From the human T2T-CHM13v2.0 reference genome, Homo sapiens: a stretch of DNA of 64,000 nt. The stretch is taken from NCBI RefSeq assembly GCF_009914755.1, contig NC_060925.1. One strand, written 5' to 3'. A program made the translations under genes and the position numbers. The notes under the pieces were generated by a model. The model was not told where the DNA came from and did not search any database. It was given only the letters and a program-made list of their open reading frames with translations. Below are positions 57,668 to 64,000 of this stretch, one piece after another (position 1 is the stretch's first letter; each line of letters opens with the position of its first letter).

Positions 57668-59625
57668 TAGCGGGGCTGGTCTCGAACGTCTGACCTAGGG
57701 TGATCCGCCTGTCTCGGCCTCCCAAAGTGCTGGGATTACAGGCGTGAGCCACCGCGCCCGGCTTGACTGGAATACTTTCCATGTTGACAGCGGGAGTGGG
57801 AGAGAGTACAGTGCTTGTCCTCCCGAGCAGCCTCGTGCCTTTGCTTCCATCTGCTTTGAAGAGTCAGCATGACCACTGGGCGCCTTTGAAGTGAGGAAAG
57901 AGCAGGGGAAGTGGCTTCGAGAGCCTCAGGGGCCCCAGCCCCCACTGAGGCCCCACCCAGACCTCAGGCCACTGCAGGGCCTGGAAGAGACAGGCCCCTG
58001 GAAAGGGATTACTGGGAGCTCTGCTTTTTCTCTTGTGTGTCTGCTTTCACACCCTTGCCCAACTGCAGCACTGCTCCCTCCTTCTTCCACAGGCAGGGGT
58101 GAGCTCAGCCTCTGCCTTGGACCAGGCGCAGTGCTGGGGCAGTGGGAGGAAGCGGGCCAACAAGACTGAGCCCCGGCCCTCTGACCCCACCTGGGCACAC
58201 ACGTAAAGCAGTCGGTGACCCTGCCTTCGTGGCTGGGTGGAAGCCTGGGTGGTGTTGGGGGAAGGAGGAAAGGGGCTTTAACTCAGCCTGGAAAGGTTGG
58301 GTTTGTCCCATGTGCTGGATTCAGCAGGAGCCCAGGGTTCGAACCCAAGTCAGAGGTGGCAGACTCGTCACCCCAGCTGGAGGGTGAGTGGTTGACGTGG
58401 CCTCACATGCCCACATGTGTCATAAGAGGGTGAAGCCTCAGGTTTCCAGGCCAGGTGGGATGGTGGCTGACTCACCTCGAATGTCTTCAGTTACCCAGAA
58501 TTCTTTTCTGGACTCACCTGCCAGAACCCCTCTAGCACTTTTTGTGTCTCTGGAGTGGCATTTCTGCTGGGTGTCTAGTCATCTGAGGACAGATCTTTTT
58601 TGTTAGTGCCTTGAAGGCAGGGTGGGGCCTCTCTTGATTCATTTCTATATCCCCTACAGTGCCAAGAGCACAGGCCCAGCGGGAGACCAGAGCTGGCCAG
58701 CCGACCATTGCCTGAGTGACTAGCTGAGCCCTCCAGCCTAGCTCCCCTCACCCCTCGTGCCAGGCGCTAGGCTACATGTTTATATATATTTGTAAATCCA
58801 GCTAGTTTCCTCATCTCTAGATTTTACATTTATTGCTCAATTTTTTTTTTTTTGAGATGGAGTCTCTGTCGCCCAGGCTGGAGTGCAGTCTCTGTCACTG
58901 CAACATCTGCCTCCTGGGTTCAAGTGATTCTTCTGCTTCAGCCTCCTGAGTAACTGGGACTACAGGCATGCGCCACCACGCCAGGCTAATTTTTTATTTT
59001 ATTTTTTGTATTTTTAGTAGAGACAGGGTTTCACCATATTGGCTAGGCTGGTCTCGAACTCCTGACCTCATGATCTGCCTGCGTTGCCCTCCCAAAGTGC
59101 TAGAATTACAGGCGTGAGCCACCGCGCCCGGCCTTATTTCTCAGTCTTAACAGAACCAGCCACGTGTGATGGTTCATGCCTGTAATCCCAGCACTTTGGG
59201 AGGCTGAGGCGGGCAGATCACCTGAGGTCAGCAGTTCGAGACCAGCCTGGGCAACATGGTGAAACCCCATCTCTATTAAAAATACAGAAATTTGCTGGGC
59301 ACGCTCAGGAGGCTGAGGCAGGAGAATCTCTTGAACCTGGGAGGGAGGCGGAGGTTGCAGTGAGCCGAGACTGCGCCACTGCACTCCAGCCTGGGTGACA
59401 CAGTGAGACTCTATCACAAAAACAAAACAAAACAAAAACTTAACCCCTACTAGGTAAGTAGTATTAATATTCCTATTTTCAAATGAGAAAAGGAGACTTA
59501 GAGGCACAGGGCTTATAAGTCTGGAGCTGGGATTCAAACCCCGGGATTCCACTTCCCCCTTCTGTCCCGTCTTGAGTCTGTGCGAAACTGACAGGCAAGC
59601 CCTGCCCTTGTTTTGTGTCTAACAG

Positions 59626-59807
59626 TCAGAACAGTCCGGCCGAAGACTTCCAGGAGCCGTGCCAGTATTCCCAGGAGTCCCAGAAGTTCTCCTGCCAGTT
59701 AGCAGTCCCGGAGGGAGACAGCTCTTTCTACATAGTGTCCATGTGCGTCGCCAGTAGTGTCGGGAGCAAGTTCAGCAAAACTCAAACCTTTCAGGGTTGT
59801 GGAATCT
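59626..59807 (+). CDS. IL6R: IL6R coding exon 4 (D2)
   Basis: Acceptor aacag ending 59625; 182 nt QNSPAEDFQEPCQYSQESQKFSCQLAVPEGDSSFYIVSMCVASSVGSKFSKTQTFQGCGI; donor GTACGT at 59808 keeps the frame. Confidence 0.97.
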
Positions 59808-60096
59808 GTACGTAAGCTCTAACCCCCTCTCCAGCAGTTTCCTTCTCTTTTGATTTAATACTCCTTATCGACTTCTCAGAGTGGCAGGGAAGGGGTGGTT
59901 GAGGGGTTTGGTGAGTTGGTGCCTTTTGGGCGTTGCTTGCCGGGAGGTGTGGCAATGATAAAGCAGGCCCTTGTGGAGCTGTGCATGGGGAGTGAACGGG
60001 GCTGGGTGGGGCCCTGCTTGCTGGGATCTCAGCCTACATGGGCTTCTCTCCACTATATTTGGTGCTGCAAAGGAGTCATGCTCACTTTTCCCACAG

Positions 60097-60263
60097 TGCA
60101 GCCTGATCCGCCTGCCAACATCACAGTCACTGCCGTGGCCAGAAACCCCCGCTGGCTCAGTGTCACCTGGCAAGACCCCCACTCCTGGAACTCATCTTTC
60201 TACAGACTACGGTTTGAGCTCAGATATCGGGCTGAACGGTCAAAGACATTCACAACATGGATG
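60097..60263 (+). CDS. IL6R: IL6R coding exon 5 (D3, first half)
   Basis: Acceptor ttttcccacag ending 60096; 167 nt [56 protein letters not shown]; donor GTAAAT at 60264. Confidence 0.97.
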
Positions 60264-61076
60264 GTAAATTTATGTTTTACTTCTGGTCAGAGAGGCGCCC
60301 CTAGATGCTTAGGCGTAGTAGAAAGGGTACTAGAGGCCAGGCACGGTGGCTCACGCCTGTAATCCCGGCCCTTTGGGAGGCCAAGGTGGGCGAATCACTT
60401 GAGGTCAGGAGTTCGAGACCATCCTGGCCAACATGGTGAAATACCGTCTCTACTAAAATTACAAAAAATTAGCTGGGTGTGGTGGCGCACGCCTGTATCC
60501 CAGCTATTCGGGGGCTGAGACAGGAGAATCCCTTGAACCTGGGAGGTGGAGGTTGCGGTGAGCAGAGATCACACCACTGCACTCCAGCCTGGGCGACAGA
60601 GTTAGACTCCATGTCAAAAAAAAAAAAAAAATAGAAAGGGTACTAAAAGGAAAACCATAGGCTCTAGTTCCTGCTTCACAATTGGCTACCTTCGTTGCTT
60701 TGGATAAATGTTTTAAGCTTTCTGAGCCTTGGTGGTATATCATTTATTAAATGAAAAGGATAATGCCAGGCCAGTCTCCTCTTCCCGGGCTTGTCTGTGA
60801 GGAGAGCAATGTGGGAAGAGATTTGGGCTGTAGACATGTCAAGGGTTGTGGCTTGCAGGATTCTATAGTGCATGGGTGGGGCAGGGACTTTCTGCTTCAG
60901 CTTCCGTGGGCCCTGAGGGCAACCCCCTCTCTAGCAGAGCCTCTGGGGTTGTGGGAGCCTCTAGAGGCCTCCGCCAGCTGAAGCACAGGGCTGGCCAAGG
61001 CACCAACCCACTGGGGTGCTACCTGCCCAGCACCATCCTGGATACCTCCCCAGAGTCACCGTGCCCCCGCCCTCAG

Positions 61077-61218
61077 GTCAAGGACCTCCAGCATCACTGT
61101 GTCATCCACGACGCCTGGAGCGGCCTGAGGCACGTGGTGCAGCTTCGTGCCCAGGAGGAGTTCGGGCAAGGCGAGTGGAGCGAGTGGAGCCCGGAGGCCA
61201 TGGGCACGCCTTGGACAG
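61077..61218 (+). CDS. IL6R: IL6R coding exon 6 (D3 with WSXWS motif)
   Basis: Acceptor cctcag ending 61076; 142 nt [47 protein letters not shown]; WSEWS class I cytokine receptor signature; donor GTACTG at 61219. Confidence 0.97.
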
Positions 61219-61264
61219 GTACTGCGGTGGGCACTGAGAAAGGAAGGGATGTTTCAACTGTCAT

Positions 61265-61850
<586 letters not shown>

Positions 61851-62061
61851 GGAGGGATGCACTGCAGAGAAGTTAGCCGTATTTAATCTAGGGCTTTTTA
61901 TTTTTTTCAAATGTTAAAGGTAGTAATAATTGCCATTGGGGATTGTTGAAATTAGAGCATGAAAAATTCCAGAAAGATATGAAGAATAATTATCACCAGT
62001 ACTTTTACTCCCTAGAGAAAACCAGTGAGAACATGTTAGTATGCTGCTTTCCTTTTTCTAG

Positions 62062-62441
<380 letters not shown>

Positions 62442-62692
62442 TGATCCACCCGCCTCAGCCTCCCAAAGTGCTGGGATTATAGGCATGAGTCACTGTGCCC
62501 GGTCGGAAATTTTTTTTAACTTAAATTTTTTTTTTTTTTGAAGACAGGCTTTCTCCTCGTTGCCCAGGATGGAGTACAGCAGTGCAATCACAGCTCACGG
62601 CAACTTCTGCCTCCTGGGTTCAAGCAATCCTCCCGCCTCAGCCTCCTAAGTAGCTGGGACCACAGGCGTGTGCCACAATGCTAATTTTTTAA

Positions 62693-62815
<123 letters not shown>

Positions 62816-62843
62816 TGACTAAACTTTAAATTTTTTTTTTTAG

Positions 62844-63002
<159 letters not shown>

Positions 63003-64000
63003 TAGTAGAGACGGGGTTTCACTGTGTTGGCCAGGCTGGTCTTGAACTCCTGACCTCGTGATCCACCCGCCTCGCCCTCCCAAAATGCTGGGATTACAGG
63101 TGTGAGCCACCGCGCCTGGCCTAAACTTTTAAAATTTTAATCAAATTAATACATGCACATGGCAAAGAAGTAATAAACAGCTTATAACACTGAGCAGTGG
63201 TCCCTTGTCCCATGCCTTCCATTTCTAGTCCTGCTTTCTAAGGAAGCTGCTTGACTCTTTCTGTTTCTAGTTCCTCTGTTGGTGCCCTCCTTAACTCTAA
63301 ACAACAAGCTTATATGGCTTTTTTTTTTCCCTGATAAAACCACTTGAGACATTATCTATCAACACCCTGCTATGAAAGGTTAGGATTTAGCAGATCTAGA
63401 ATGCAAGAATCTCCCTGACCACAACCCAGAGAGTGGTCAGCCAGCCTCTGCTTAAATGCTTCCAGAGACAGAGAGCTTACTACCCCTTGCAGCAATCTGT
63501 TTTATTGTTCCCAGTGTTTTTGTTGTAGAATGGCTTCATGGCTCACTTTGGGGTCAAATGTTTCTAGCCCTGTGGCGTAGTTGAACTAAATTAATCATTC
63601 TTAAATACTTGGCAGTTAGGAAAAAAAAAAGAATAAGATACCCATTTATTTGAGTAAGTATGGATAAAAAGGAAAAGGTAGAATTGACATCAGTCCCATC
63701 CCGACCCCTGCCACTTTCTCCCAGCCCTGGCCCCAGGGAGAGAAGGCTTTTATCTATGGGCTGCACATTCTTCCCCCAGATTGGATGGTGTGGGGTGATG
63801 GCTCTTCCTCCTGGCTGGCTTTGTACTGTGGGGTCCTTGTCCCTTGTCTTTCCTGTCCTGGGGAGAGCCAGAGGAGTATGCTGGGGCTTAGGGTGTAATC
63901 CTAGTTGGATGCAATAATATGAAGTGCCGGCTTCCATCTTTGTTGGCACTTTCCTTGTTCATCAAGGACAGGAGGCAGCTTTCTATTGGGCCCTCTCCTC

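Overview
Human (primate) genomic DNA from the IL6R locus (1q21.3 by recognition of the encoded protein). The + strand carries the IL6R CpG-island promoter, its 5' UTR and coding exons 1-6 (30714-30798, 54302-54550, 55589-55712, 59626-59807, 60097-60263, 61077-61218). These splice in frame through GT-AG junctions to give the signal peptide, the Ig-like D1 domain and the two FnIII domains ending in WSEWS; the gene continues beyond the window. The upstream ~27 kb is dense in Alu, L1 and other repeats. It contains an MRPS33 processed pseudogene broken by seven later insertions: three Alus, a 47-bp tailed micro-insert, a piggyBac MER75, a full-length RPSA retrocopy and an SVA2-like VNTR element. 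The 23.5-kb intron 1 holds an antisense PSMD8 processed pseudogene, a solo LTR2, several transcription-factor motif clusters and a ~178-bp inverted duplication (~87% identity) that I cannot assign to a known repeat family. Other points of interest are four uORFs in the IL6R leader, a +4 tandem splice donor at exon 4, a 5'-truncated AluYa5 and splice/poly(A) signals for an antisense lncRNA. Most ORF-track entries are Alu- or repeat-derived noise. I see no convincing new protein-coding gene or new system; the best leads are structural and regulatory. Repeat-family and pseudogene names come from remembered consensus sequences, not from a search.
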